In this document: positions 17,901 to 26,807 of the stretch, in pieces
Numbering within the stretch: the first letter of the stretch is position 1
Layout of the letters: each line of letters begins with the position of its first letter
Origin: Chloroflexota bacterium
GTDB lineage: Bacteria; Chloroflexota; UBA11872; VXOZ01
Direction of reading: 5' to 3'
NCBI GenBank assembly: GCA_963663275.1
Contig: OY760183.1
Coordinates: 2,784,001 to 2,848,000 of the forward strand
DNA length: 64,000 nt
Position numbers and translations under genes: made by a program
Notes under the pieces: generated by a model
Database searches by the model: none
Seen by the model: the letters and a program-made list of their open reading frames with translations, nothing else
What the model was told of the DNA's origin: nothing

Positions 17901-19520
17901 GGCTTCAAGGTGACGCCTTTCATTGCCAGAATCCGGCACGCCATCCCCGGCATTCCGCTCATCTCGCCCCCGCCGCACCACGACATCTACTCGATCGAGG
18001 ACATCGCGCAACTGATCTACGACCTCAAGCAGGTGAACCCCCAGGCCCACGTGGGCGTGAAGTTGGTTTCCGAAGCCGGCGTGGGTACCGTGGCGGTTGG
18101 CGTGGCCAAGGCCTACGCCGACTACGTGCTCATCTCCGGCCAGGACGGCGGCACGGGCGCTTCACCGTTGAGTTCCATCAAGAACAGCGGCCTGCCCTGG
18201 GAACTGGGACTGGCGGAGACGCAGCAGACGCTGGTGCGCAACAACCTGCGCTCCCGCATCCGCGTCCGCGTGGACGGCGGCTTCAAGACCGGGCGCGACG
18301 TAGTGGTCGGCGCGATACTGGGCGGTGAAGAATTCGGCTTTGCCACCGCCAGCGTGGTGGCGATCGGCTGCGACATGGCGCGCCAATGCCACCTGAACAC
18401 CTGCCCCACCGGCGTCGCCACCCAGCGCGAGGACTTGCGCGAGAAGTTCACCGGCACGCCGGAGATGCTCGTGAATTACCTGACCTTGGTTGCCCAGGAA
18501 GTGCGAGAGATCATGGCGAGCCTGGGCGTGCGCTCGCTCGAAGAAATCATCGGCCGCACCGAGATGCTGCGCCAACGGACGCTTCCCGGCGGCCACAAGG
18601 CGAACACCATAGACCTGCGCCCGCTCCTGGCCCAGGATAACCCGAACGGCGAATTGGCCCGCTACTGCGTTGAAGAGCGGAACGACCGGCCCGGGGCCGT
18701 TTTGGACGATACCATCGTCCAGGACGCCGCCGCCGCCGTTGCCGGCGAGAGCCGCGCCAGCCTGGAGTACGGCGTGCGGAATCACATGCGCGGCGTGGGC
18801 GCGCGCGTCGCCGGCGCGGTTGCCATGCGGCACGGCAACGGGGGCCTGCAGGCCGGCGCGCTGGCGCTGGACTTCCAGGGCAGCGTGGGTCAGTCGTTTG
18901 GCGCTTTCTGCGTGCCCGGCATGGCGCTCACGCTCCACGGCGAAGCCCAGGACTACGTCGCCAAAGGCATGACCGGCGGTGAAATCGCCATCCTTCCGCC
19001 GCCGGAGGCTGATCTGAAGTCCCATGAAAACGTCATCATCGGCAATACCTGTCTCTATGGCGCTACGGGCGGGTCTCTCTTCGTAGCCGGCCTGGCGGGA
19101 GAGCGGTTTGCCGTGCGCAACAGCGGCGCGGAAGCCGTGGTGGAAGGCGCCGGCGACCACTGCTGCGAGTACATGACCAGCGGCACGGTAGCCGTGCTCG
19201 GAGAAGTCGGGCGCAACTTCGGCGCCGGCATGGCCGCCGGCATCGCCTTCGTGCTGGATGAAAACCACACCTTCTCACGACGCTACAACCCGGAGATGGT
19301 GGACATCGAACCGCTTAGCGACGGCGAGGACATCGCAACCCTCCAGCGCCTGCTCGAACGACACGTTGCCCTTACCCAAAGCCCTCGCGGCCAGGCGATC
19401 CTGCGGGACTTCGAACGCTACCTTCCCCTGTTCTGGAAGGTGTACCCCAAGCCGCTCCGGGAACTCATGGAGCAGCAGTCGTTGATCGAGACGGCGGCCG
19501 AAGTGGGCGCGGCCGATTGA
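14952..19520 (+). CDS. gltB: Glutamate synthase large subunit
   Basis: DACGVGF N-terminal Ntn Cys, HQRYS, AHNGEINT, FAQVTNPPIDP, EIKMAQGSKPGEGGQLPG, CHLNTCPTG, C-terminal GXGXG domain. Confidence 0.97.
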   Translation: MDLPSSFSPMSPERKPKPAGLYRPEFEFDACGVGFIASISGVPEHSILRTAVQAVVGLTHRGAISADGRTGDGAGILTQLPRRLLLRELAERGIRHVAADDIGLGMVYLPPADDPSAKQAVAVVNRVLEEHGIPLLAWRPAPVDVAALGEIAARSMPDIQQVLVQRPAGLDDLAFERALYVARRNIQGEAQRAGIDALYLPSFSHRTVVYKALLVAAQLAEFYLDLKDPDYETALAVFHQRYSSNTFPTWQLAQPFRLLAHNGEINTLWGNRNWTRAREHSMIAAAWDERIDAGIPFIEPEGSDSASLDNLAEFMHLSGRDILHTLAMMMPEAWEHDEDMDPDLRAFHAYHAGLAEPWEGPAALAFTDGRVAAASLDRNGLRPARYKVTRSGMVVVSSEASAAIVPDADVIEKGRLGPGEMIAVDTENHRLLTDRDIKRRLAERAPYGAWLRERRVRAKAPALDPADSLDFDKDTLGVMHRAFGYGNEELRMVLDPMGKEGKDAVWSMGNDTPLAALSSQPRSFFNYFKQRFAQVTNPPIDPLRESLVMSLRSYIGGRGNILTETPGHAHLLEFESPLLDHGQFRDLVHQYDSSFSSIMLSTLYPVAEGRAGIERALRRLCKHAEESIDKGRTVLILSDLGVGPDHAPIPIMLAASAVHQHLARARKRMQASIVVESGEVWDIHHFACLLGHGVGFVYPYLAFETIRHLAETDRRQTVDTITAWRHYRASVEDGLLKIMSKMGISTLGGYRGAQIFEIVGLNSAVSDDYFTGTPSRIEGLGLEEIAAEVAERHAAAFGESTGALRGKRNGRLPDYGLYRFRRNGEYHAYSPSIVQALQLAARTGKTEDYRQYAEAVYSRPPTCLRDLLELVPGAPIPIEEVEPVEEIRRRFTSQAMSLGALSPEAHKAIAIALNRIGGRSNTGEGGEDPDWYKPLPNGDSASCAVKQVASARFGVTTEYLTQAQELEIKMAQGSKPGEGGQLPGFKVTPFIARIRHAIPGIPLISPPPHHDIYSIEDIAQLIYDLKQVNPQAHVGVKLVSEAGVGTVAVGVAKAYADYVLISGQDGGTGASPLSSIKNSGLPWELGLAETQQTLVRNNLRSRIRVRVDGGFKTGRDVVVGAILGGEEFGFATASVVAIGCDMARQCHLNTCPTGVATQREDLREKFTGTPEMLVNYLTLVAQEVREIMASLGVRSLEEIIGRTEMLRQRTLPGGHKANTIDLRPLLAQDNPNGELARYCVEERNDRPGAVLDDTIVQDAAAAVAGESRASLEYGVRNHMRGVGARVAGAVAMRHGNGGLQAGALALDFQGSVGQSFGAFCVPGMALTLHGEAQDYVAKGMTGGEIAILPPPEADLKSHENVIIGNTCLYGATGGSLFVAGLAGERFAVRNSGAEAVVEGAGDHCCEYMTSGTVAVLGEVGRNFGAGMAAGIAFVLDENHTFSRRYNPEMVDIEPLSDGEDIATLQRLLERHVALTQSPRGQAILRDFERYLPLFWKVYPKPLRELMEQQSLIETAAEVGAAD

Positions 19521-19829
19521 GCGGGAGCGCCAACTTCAACGTAGGTGACCCTGTGGCAACCACGCCTTGCTGCGTGATTTTGCGGTTGCCTTGGCTTCTC
19601 CCTGCGCCGCCGCGCGCGCTGGCTTTGTTATAGGCGCATTCCGCCGCGCCCGCGCCCGCCGGTCTTCACCCAGCCGCTCCCCAGCGGGCGGCACACGGGC
19701 GTTCCTTAGCGCGTCAACCGCTTCTGTGCTACAATACCAGCGGCGCGTGCGCCTCCGGCACGGGGCGTTAAGCTGCCACAGCGCGCAAGTCCCGAACGAA
19801 CGCAATGGAATCGCGAGGCCCTGCCCCCA

Positions 19830-21026
19830 ATGGAGACGATCGAATACCGCGAGATGCAGCCGGACGATGTCTTGCAGGCGCTGGCCCTCCGCAACGAGGT
19901 GTTCCCAGACGCGCCGGTAGCCCAGGAAGACTGGGAACGAGACGAGATGCTGGCCTCGATCGCGGTACTCGAAGGCCAGGTGGTAGGAGCCATACCGCTG
20001 GCGCTCCGGGATGTAGTAATCGCCCCGGGCGTGACGATTACGGCGGCCTTCGAAAACTCGGTGGGCACCCGCGAGGAACTCCGCAGCCAGGGCATCGGCA
20101 GGGGTATGATCGCCAAGGCCCGCGAGTTCCTGCCTGAACGCGCCGACGCCCTCTTCGTCTACCGCGGCGACGAACGCAGCGACGGCTACCGCTTCTACGC
20201 GACAACCAATCACTACGACCTGCTCTACTCCCGGCACTACCGCTTCGGCTCGCCGGAGACCGGCCACCTGCCGCCCGGGATTACCCTGGCGGGCAAAGAG
20301 TCGGTCTTTCTCAACATGGAGCGCCTCCAGGCCGTCTTCAATAGCACCTACGGACGCCACGGCGGTTATCCGCAACGCGGCGAGGACTATTGGCAACGGG
20401 CGCTCACTTCTTCCATCTACGCGGAATTTCCCACGGACTTTTCATTCGTTCACATCATCCAAAGCGAAGAACTGCTGGGCTACGCCATCTGCGGCGTGCG
20501 CACCACGCGGCACAACAGCACGGCCCACGTGCTGGAGATGGCGACGCTGGGAGGGGACCTGAGCATCGGACAGCGCATTCTTACCGGCGTGGCGAGCGTG
20601 GCCGCCGAGCGCAAACTGGGCGTGGACATCCAGGTATCCGACTCTGATCCGTTCCTGCCCTTGCTGCAATCGTACGGCTTTGCGCCGGAAGCGCGCGGCA
20701 CGATCATCATGGCGCAGGTCATCGACGTGCTCAGTTTCTTCCAGAATCACTGGCATCAGCGCTTCGACCTCTTCAACACCGCCCTCACCGTGAGCACGCC
20801 GCAGGACGACTATCTCCTCATCGAGCCGGAGGTGCGCCAGCATACGCTGACGTTGGAAATGAAAGAGGAGACGCTCCACCGCTGGCTGCTGGCGCGGCTT
20901 GACCTGCGCGCCCGCCTGGCCGAAGGCAGCGTAACCGCCTACGGCGCCAGCGATCAGGTGATCGAGCGCGTGTGCGACGCGATACCGTGCGCGCCGTGGG
21001 CCTACCACTTCATCGACTGGATCTAA
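19830..21026 (+). CDS. GNAT acetyltransferase (Eis-like architecture)
   Basis: VGTREELRSQGIG acetyl-CoA motif A, FY motif B, C-terminal SCP2-like end. Confidence 0.7.
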   Translation: METIEYREMQPDDVLQALALRNEVFPDAPVAQEDWERDEMLASIAVLEGQVVGAIPLALRDVVIAPGVTITAAFENSVGTREELRSQGIGRGMIAKAREFLPERADALFVYRGDERSDGYRFYATTNHYDLLYSRHYRFGSPETGHLPPGITLAGKESVFLNMERLQAVFNSTYGRHGGYPQRGEDYWQRALTSSIYAEFPTDFSFVHIIQSEELLGYAICGVRTTRHNSTAHVLEMATLGGDLSIGQRILTGVASVAAERKLGVDIQVSDSDPFLPLLQSYGFAPEARGTIIMAQVIDVLSFFQNHWHQRFDLFNTALTVSTPQDDYLLIEPEVRQHTLTLEMKEETLHRWLLARLDLRARLAEGSVTAYGASDQVIERVCDAIPCAPWAYHFIDWI

Positions 21027-21085
21027 GCGCCTGAACCCGGCCGGCCCGCTCGCGCCGCCGTTCACCCGACGCGCGCTGGCCTTCC

Positions 21086-21450
21086 CGTAGCGCGGGGGCT
21101 CGTCCCCCGCCTCCGCACACGGCACTGTCGCTCTACCGTAGCCCGGGGGCTTGTCCCCAATGCTGTCGCATTAACGTAGCGCGGGGGCTTGTCCCCCGCC
21201 GGAACAAGAAAAGCGAGAACGAAATGGATTGACCTTACGGAAGACGCAGGTTACAAACCTGCGCTACCGGAGAAACGAGCGCAGTTTTCATTCTCATCGC
21301 GTTTAATGCGACAGCATTGGGGCTTGTCCCCCGCCTCACCACACGGCACTGTCGCTCTACCGTAGCGCGGGGGCTTGTTCCCCGCCTCACCACACGGCAC
21401 TGTCGCTCTACCGTAGCCCGGGGGCTTGTCCCCCGCCTCAGCACGCGGTA
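21086..21450 (+). repeat. Four tandem ~51-bp units, each REP-A plus a constant linker (unit 2 interrupted by MITE-A)
   Basis: ccgtagc(g/c)cgggggcttgtcccccgcctcaccacacggcactgtcgctcta at ~21086, 21136, 21360 and 21411. Confidence 0.85.
21158..21319 (+). mobile_element. 162-bp MITE (family A), copy 2
   Basis: TIRs CAATGCTGTCGCATTAA / TTAATGCGACAGCATTG; 11-bp TSD GGGCTTGTCCC at 21147-21157 and 21320-21330. Confidence 0.9.
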
Positions 21451-21485
21451 CGCTGTCCGCATGAATGGGACTTGCCCTCCATTGC

Positions 21486-21598
21486 CCGGTAGCGCAGGTT
21501 CGCACGAGACGTGCGCATAACCTGCGTCTTCCGTAGGGCCAATCCATTCCGTTCTAATTTTGCCTGCTCCGGCGGGGGGACAAGCCCCCGCGCTACGT
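21486..21598 (-). repeat. TIR-less REP-B/REP-A doublet homologous to the MITE-A interior
   Basis: Same spacer (tcttccgta.gg.caatccattccgttct...) as inside MITE-A but no TIRs or TSD; an extra hairpin replaces the REP-B loop. Confidence 0.75.
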
Positions 21599-21717
21599 AA
21601 AGGAGACAGCAAGGGGCTTATCCCCGCGCTACGTTGAGGCGAGAGCATAAGGGCAAGGCCGCGTCCCAATCGCACGCAACGCCCATGAAATTACCATTCA
21701 CCGGCAAAGGAAGCGCA

Positions 21718-22935
21718 ATGAATTCCGCAGTCAATTGGCAAGACCATCCCGCCATCGTCGTCTGGAGCGACGATTGGGGCATGAACGCCTGGGCGCCGAC
21801 CGAGGAAGCCTACACCGCCACCCGCCACGAGGAACTCATGCGCACCCGCTGGTCGTCGGGCAGCCTGGAGACGCCGGCGGACCTGGAGCGCACGTTTCAA
21901 TTGCTGGAAGCCCATCGCGGCGGCGACGACCAGCCGATCGTCTTCGAACCCTACTACATCGTGGGCGGCCCGGACTACGACGCCATCCAGGAGACCGCGT
22001 TTCGCCACTACGTGGACATTGGCCTCGACCAAGGCGTCTCCCAAGGTTGGGAGCGCGGCGACACCGTGAGCAAAGCGCGCGAGGGCATGGAGCGCGGCGT
22101 GTGGGCGCCGCAATACCACGGCCGCACCCACCACTTCAGCCACCACCGCTGGCTCAAACGCCTCCGCGAGGGTGAAGAACGGGCGCAACGCATGTTCGCC
22201 CACCGCATGTACGTCTGCGAGACGGTGCGCGAGCGCGTGCCGGAGCACGAGGACATGCCGGAACCGGAACGCCTGGAGTGGGTGCGCGGGGCGCTGAGCT
22301 ACTTCATCCGCGCTTTCGGCTACCCGCCCGCCAGCGTGCGCAATTCGGACGAGGCCGAAATCGCCTGGGCCGCGCAGGGCATCGGCATACGGGTGGGCGT
22401 GTCCGACCGCGCCGGCGAAGACCAAACCGGCAAACGCTCCCCGGTGGCCGACCTCTGGTACGCGGGCAGAGCCATCAACTTCGAGCCCTTTATGACCGCC
22501 GACCAGGAGGATATCCTCGCCCGCGTGCAGGCCGAAACCGCCGCCGCGTGGCAAGCGAACCGGCCGGCGTTCATCAGCAGCCACCGCCGCAACTTTACCG
22601 CCTTCACCGACGACGTGGATAACAACTTCGCGGTTTGGGACTCCTATCTCTCCTGGCTGGAAGCGCGGCATCCCACGCACGTCTTTCTCACCATGCCCGA
22701 GGTCCGCCAGCTTTGGGAGAACGGCGTGTCGAGCCGCCGCTACGGCAATGTTATCATCTTCCGCAACTGGACAAAGAAGCAGCAGACGATGACGTGCGCG
22801 GCGCGACCCTACGAAGCCGTGGCAGACATTGCGCACGCCGATGATGAATCCGCGCTCTCGGTGTCGAGCGCGGGCGGGAAGCACATCCTGGTTGCGCCTC
22901 ACGGCAACTACTGCGTCAAGGTGGAAGCACGCTGA
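21718..22935 (+). CDS. Hypothetical protein, polysaccharide deacetylase/glycoside hydrolase-like fold
   Basis: N-terminal SDDWG, QYHGRTH, ISSHRRNF motifs; ATG after GGAAG. Confidence 0.55.
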   Translation: MNSAVNWQDHPAIVVWSDDWGMNAWAPTEEAYTATRHEELMRTRWSSGSLETPADLERTFQLLEAHRGGDDQPIVFEPYYIVGGPDYDAIQETAFRHYVDIGLDQGVSQGWERGDTVSKAREGMERGVWAPQYHGRTHHFSHHRWLKRLREGEERAQRMFAHRMYVCETVRERVPEHEDMPEPERLEWVRGALSYFIRAFGYPPASVRNSDEAEIAWAAQGIGIRVGVSDRAGEDQTGKRSPVADLWYAGRAINFEPFMTADQEDILARVQAETAAAWQANRPAFISSHRRNFTAFTDDVDNNFAVWDSYLSWLEARHPTHVFLTMPEVRQLWENGVSSRRYGNVIIFRNWTKKQQTMTCAARPYEAVADIAHADDESALSVSSAGGKHILVAPHGNYCVKVEAR

Positions 22936-22996
22936 TGCGTTCGCGGCGGCTCATGCTATACTGCAAGCAGCCAAAGATAACTGGAAAAGGAATACG

Positions 22997-23407
22997 ATGG
23001 AAACGCCAAACGGTAGACAGGAGCAGGTAGAAAGGCACGCCGCCACCAGCCTGCGGTTCATCGTTCAGTCCCAGGAAGAGCTTCAAAGCGGAGATACGCT
23101 TCAGGCATCGGAAAAAGCGTGGGGCGCGGCGGCACATGCCATGAAAGCCGCCGCGGAGAGCCGGGGATGGGAGCATCGAACTCACAGGCTTCTGTTCGAC
23201 GTCGCGGCCCGCATCGCGGACGAAACGGGCGACCCCGAACTGTTCGGCCTCTTCAAGGAAGCCAGCGCCTTGCACCAGAACTTCTACGAGGGCTGGGAAT
23301 CGGACTATACCGTGCAAAAGAGCATCGAGCGCGTGAAGCGGCTGGTGGAGAAGATGGAAGCGCTGCGGCTGCAAGCAAATGGAAAGTCGCAAGGCGTCTC
23401 CGGCTGA
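22997..23407 (+). CDS. PaREP1-family (HEPN-like) protein
   Basis: QASEKAWGAAAHAMKA, GWEH..H, ALHQNFYE; RBS AAGGA. Confidence 0.8.
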   Translation: METPNGRQEQVERHAATSLRFIVQSQEELQSGDTLQASEKAWGAAAHAMKAAAESRGWEHRTHRLLFDVAARIADETGDPELFGLFKEASALHQNFYEGWESDYTVQKSIERVKRLVEKMEALRLQANGKSQGVSG

Positions 23408-23552
23408 ATTGCGACAATGCACGCAAGAGAACGGCGGCGCTGCGTGGGGGCCAATGCGCCGCTGTCGCGGCGCGCATGGACGCTCTGTACCCCCCAGTCG
23501 CGCCGGCCGCCGCGTGACGCGCTACGGCAGATTCTAAGAAGGGACACCATCA

Positions 23553-24854
23553 GTGCGACGCATTACCCGCTCCCAGGAGCTTTGGCAGCGCGCCCGCAAG
23601 CATCTTGCCGCCGGCGTGAGCAGCAACATCCGCCTGCAGGAACGCCCCACGCCGCTCTACTTCAGCCACGGCCGGGGTTCCCGCCTGTTCGACGTGGACG
23701 GCAATGAGTTCATCGACTACGTAGCCGCCTACGGGCCGCTCATTCTGGGACACAGCCATCCTGAGCTTGTTGAGGCCGTACAGAAGCAGGTGGCGTTGGG
23801 CCAGACCTACGGCGGCCAACACGAGATTGAAGTAGAAGCGTCGGAGAAGATTGCGGCGCTGGTACCCGCCATGGACGTGGTGCGTTTCTGCGGCAGCGGC
23901 TCCGAGGCCAACCACGCCCTCTTCCGCCTGGCGCGCGCCTACACCGGCCGCACGAAGATCGTGCGCTTCGAGGGCCACTACCACGGCTGGCTGGACGACC
24001 AACTCGTCAGCGATCATCCGCAGTCCGAGGAAGAAGCAGGCGCGCTGCCCTTTCCCCGGCCGGTGCTTGGCAGCCAGGGGCAACTGCCACACGCCGCCGG
24101 CGAGACCCTGGTGCTGCCGTGGAACGACCTTGACGCCTTTGCGGCCCTCATCGAGCGCGAGGGGCGCAACGTGGCCGCCGTCATTACCGAACCCATCATG
24201 TGCAACGGCGGCTTCATCCTGCCGCAGCCGGGCTTTCTGGAAGGCCTCCGGGACATCTGCACCCGCGAGAAAGTCTTGCTCATCTTCGACGAGGTCATCA
24301 CGGGCTTCCGCGCGGATCTCCACGGCGCGCAGGGCTTGCTCGGAGTCACGCCGGACCTGGTGACACTTGGCAAAGCCGTCGCCAACGGCTTTCCGCTGAG
24401 CGTCTTCGGGGGACGCCGCGACATCATGGGCCTGGTAGGCGACGGCGTCATGCACGGCGGCACGTACAACGGCAATCCCATCACCCTCGCCGCCGCCAAC
24501 GCCACGCTGGACGTGCTCGCCCGCGACGACGGCGCGGTGTACGAGCAGATCCGCGCGACTGGCCGCAGCCTGATGGACGGCATCCGGCAAGCGGCGCAGG
24601 AAGCCGGTCAGGCCGTGTTGGTACAAGGCATCGGCCCGGTCTTCTTCGCCTGGTTCACGGAGCGGCAGGAAATCGCCTCCTTCCGCGACAACTGGGACTG
24701 CGATGAGGATACGTACGCCGCGTTCCAGGGCAAACTCATCGATCACGGCGTGCGCGCCATTCCCTCGGGCCGCTGGTACGTCTCCGCCGCGCACACCGAC
24801 GAGGACGTGCGCCAAACGGTTGACGCGGTGGCAAAGGCGTTACAGGAAGTGTAG
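23553..24854 (+). CDS. Class III aminotransferase (glutamate-1-semialdehyde aminomutase-like)
   Basis: DVDGNEFID, GSGSEA, FEGHYHG, LIFDEVITGFR, GKAVANGFP, HGGTYNGNP. Confidence 0.88.
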   Translation: MRRITRSQELWQRARKHLAAGVSSNIRLQERPTPLYFSHGRGSRLFDVDGNEFIDYVAAYGPLILGHSHPELVEAVQKQVALGQTYGGQHEIEVEASEKIAALVPAMDVVRFCGSGSEANHALFRLARAYTGRTKIVRFEGHYHGWLDDQLVSDHPQSEEEAGALPFPRPVLGSQGQLPHAAGETLVLPWNDLDAFAALIEREGRNVAAVITEPIMCNGGFILPQPGFLEGLRDICTREKVLLIFDEVITGFRADLHGAQGLLGVTPDLVTLGKAVANGFPLSVFGGRRDIMGLVGDGVMHGGTYNGNPITLAAANATLDVLARDDGAVYEQIRATGRSLMDGIRQAAQEAGQAVLVQGIGPVFFAWFTERQEIASFRDNWDCDEDTYAAFQGKLIDHGVRAIPSGRWYVSAAHTDEDVRQTVDAVAKALQEV

Positions 24855-24922
24855 CGACGCAGACCAGGCCATCAGGCGATACGACTGATACGCAATTGCG
24901 AGTACACGAGGAGTAACCAAGA

Positions 24923-25684
24923 ATGCCAGACCTGCTTGTCGGCAAGAATGCCATCGTCACCGGCGCCGCCAGCGGCATCGGACAGGCCATTGCCCTCGCC
25001 TTTCTGCGCGAAGGCGCGAACGTCCTTGGCGCGGACCTCAATGAAGAAGGTCTGGAAGAAACGGCAAACCGTGCCAGCGAGCACGACTCTACGTTTCTCA
25101 CCCACCGCTGCGACGTCACCCAGCGCGCCGACGTGGAAGCAACCGTCGCCCGGGCCGTGGCGGAATTCGGCAAGCTCGACGTCATGGCCGCGATCGCCGG
25201 TATCGCCCTTGAGCATGACTTCGTGGACATCGAGGATGAAGACTGGCATCGGGTCGCCGCGGTCAACATGCACGGCGTCTATCTCTGCGACCAGGTGGCC
25301 GCCCGGCAGATGGTCGCGCAGGGGCACGGCGGCCGCATCATCAACATGTCCTCCGTGAACGGCATCATGGGTGAGGAAGAGTTGGCCGCCTACAACACGT
25401 CCAAAGGCGCCGTCACGCTGCTAACGAAGAGCGCGGCCATCGACCTGGCGAAGCACGAAATCACCGTGAATTGCCTCGCCCCCGGCTACATTCGCACCCC
25501 CCTCACGGTAGAGAGCATCGCCGACGAGGCATGGATCAACGAGTATCTGAAGCGCGTCCCCTTCCGCCGGGTGGGCGAACCGGAAGAGGTGGCCGATTGC
25601 GCGGTCTTCCTCGCCAGCGACCTCAGCCGCTACGTCACCGGCCACGCGCTCGTAGTGGACGGCGGCCAGATCGCGGTAATCTAG
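24923..25684 (+). CDS. SDR family oxidoreductase
   Basis: TGAASGIG, YNTSK, PGYIRT, VVDGG. Confidence 0.92.
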   Translation: MPDLLVGKNAIVTGAASGIGQAIALAFLREGANVLGADLNEEGLEETANRASEHDSTFLTHRCDVTQRADVEATVARAVAEFGKLDVMAAIAGIALEHDFVDIEDEDWHRVAAVNMHGVYLCDQVAARQMVAQGHGGRIINMSSVNGIMGEEELAAYNTSKGAVTLLTKSAAIDLAKHEITVNCLAPGYIRTPLTVESIADEAWINEYLKRVPFRRVGEPEEVADCAVFLASDLSRYVTGHALVVDGGQIAVI

Positions 25685-25746
25685 GCCGCAGGCTGCGCAC
25701 GACACGCGGTTTTCATCAAGATAGCCCATTGTTCATTCAGGCTAAA

Positions 25747-25793
25747 GGCAATTCCGTTCGCCCTGAGCCTGTCGATGGGTGAACGGAATTGCC
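25747..25793. repeat. REP-C (CCGTTCGCCCTGAGCCTGTCGAAGGGTGAACGG family) with inverted flanks
   Basis: Flanked by GGCAATT/AATTGCC; relatives at 25818-25867, 35135-35161, 35240-35266, 45712-45770 and 56694-56741. Confidence 0.75.
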
Positions 25794-25903
25794 GTGCCAA
25801 CGAAGCGTCAGCCGCTCATGCTTCGACAAGCCTGTGCTGAGCCTGCCGAAGCGCTCAGCACGAACGGATGACTGTCGCCAAGACTGGCAACCGAAAGGTT
25901 GCC

Positions 25904-26713
25904 TTACTCTTGCGGCTTAGGATGGAAATCCCGTTGCGGCCGGATTTCGCGGGCGCGGAACTCCTGCAGGAAATCTACAGTCCGCCTCACCGCCGCCTTG
26001 TAGAGAGCCTCACCCTTGGCGGCGCTGGCCCCGGTGGGATCGCCTTGGATGCCGGTTGACGTGTTGCGGCTGAAGAACTCCTGGTAGTGGATGCGGGTAT
26101 TGGCCGGCCAGGCGCCCCAGATGTGCTCGCTCTGCTGCACCTCTTCCACCGTGCGCACCGCCTTGCTCATGTCCACCAGGTCGGGATAGAGATAGAGCAT
26201 GAGCGAGGTCTCATCCTCGTCCGCGTGATGGCTCACGCCGTGCGACTCCCGGTCCCAGGTCAGATCTTCCGCCCGGATGAGCGCCCAGTAGTTGGCCAGC
26301 ACGCTGATCGCCGCGCTCTCGTTGTTGATGCGGCGCATGGCGAGGTCCATCACCGGCACGTTGCTGCCGTGGCCGTTGAGGAGCACGATGTGCCGGAAGC
26401 CGTGGTGGGCCAGACTAAAGCCAATTTGCGCCACGTAGTCGATAATCGTGTACATGTTGATGGCGATCGTGCCCGGAAAGTCCATGTGGTGCTCGTTGAA
26501 CGAATAGACCACCGGCGGCATCACTATCACGTTCGGCGCCAATTGCTCTGCCGCGTCGTTGGCGATGCGCTGCGGGATGATGTAGTCCACCATCAGCGGC
26601 ATGTGGGGCCCGTGCTGCTCCATGGTGCCCACCGGCAGCACGACCACCGGATCCTGCAAGGCCGCCGCGCCTACCTCCGGCGACTTGAGTTCTTCATAGC
26701 GGAAGTTTCCCAT
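25904..26713 (-). CDS. Creatininase family amidohydrolase
   Basis: PVGTMEQHGPHMPL..D, HHMDFPGTI, NGHGSN, HADEDETS. Confidence 0.9.
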   Translation of the reverse strand: MGNFRYEELKSPEVGAAALQDPVVVLPVGTMEQHGPHMPLMVDYIIPQRIANDAAEQLAPNVIVMPPVVYSFNEHHMDFPGTIAINMYTIIDYVAQIGFSLAHHGFRHIVLLNGHGSNVPVMDLAMRRINNESAAISVLANYWALIRAEDLTWDRESHGVSHHADEDETSLMLYLYPDLVDMSKAVRTVEEVQQSEHIWGAWPANTRIHYQEFFSRNTSTGIQGDPTGASAAKGEALYKAAVRRTVDFLQEFRAREIRPQRDFHPKPQE

Positions 26714-26807
26714 AGCGTCCGGTATCCTCTCTTGATGAATACAGCCGGGCTTTCATCGCTTTATCCCAACAAGTAGCGCGCAGTGCGGCAGCACGGAGCG
26801 CCGGCGC

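Noticed and set aside
21086-21450. CRISPR-like array of palindromic repeats with ~51-bp period
   Set aside because: The intervening sequences are near-identical rather than unique spacers, the repeat is the dispersed GTAG-REP, and there are no cas genes
23553-24854. Calling this gene hemL
   Set aside because: GSA-aminomutase-like, but there is no hem context and it lies among catabolic genes; likely a paralog
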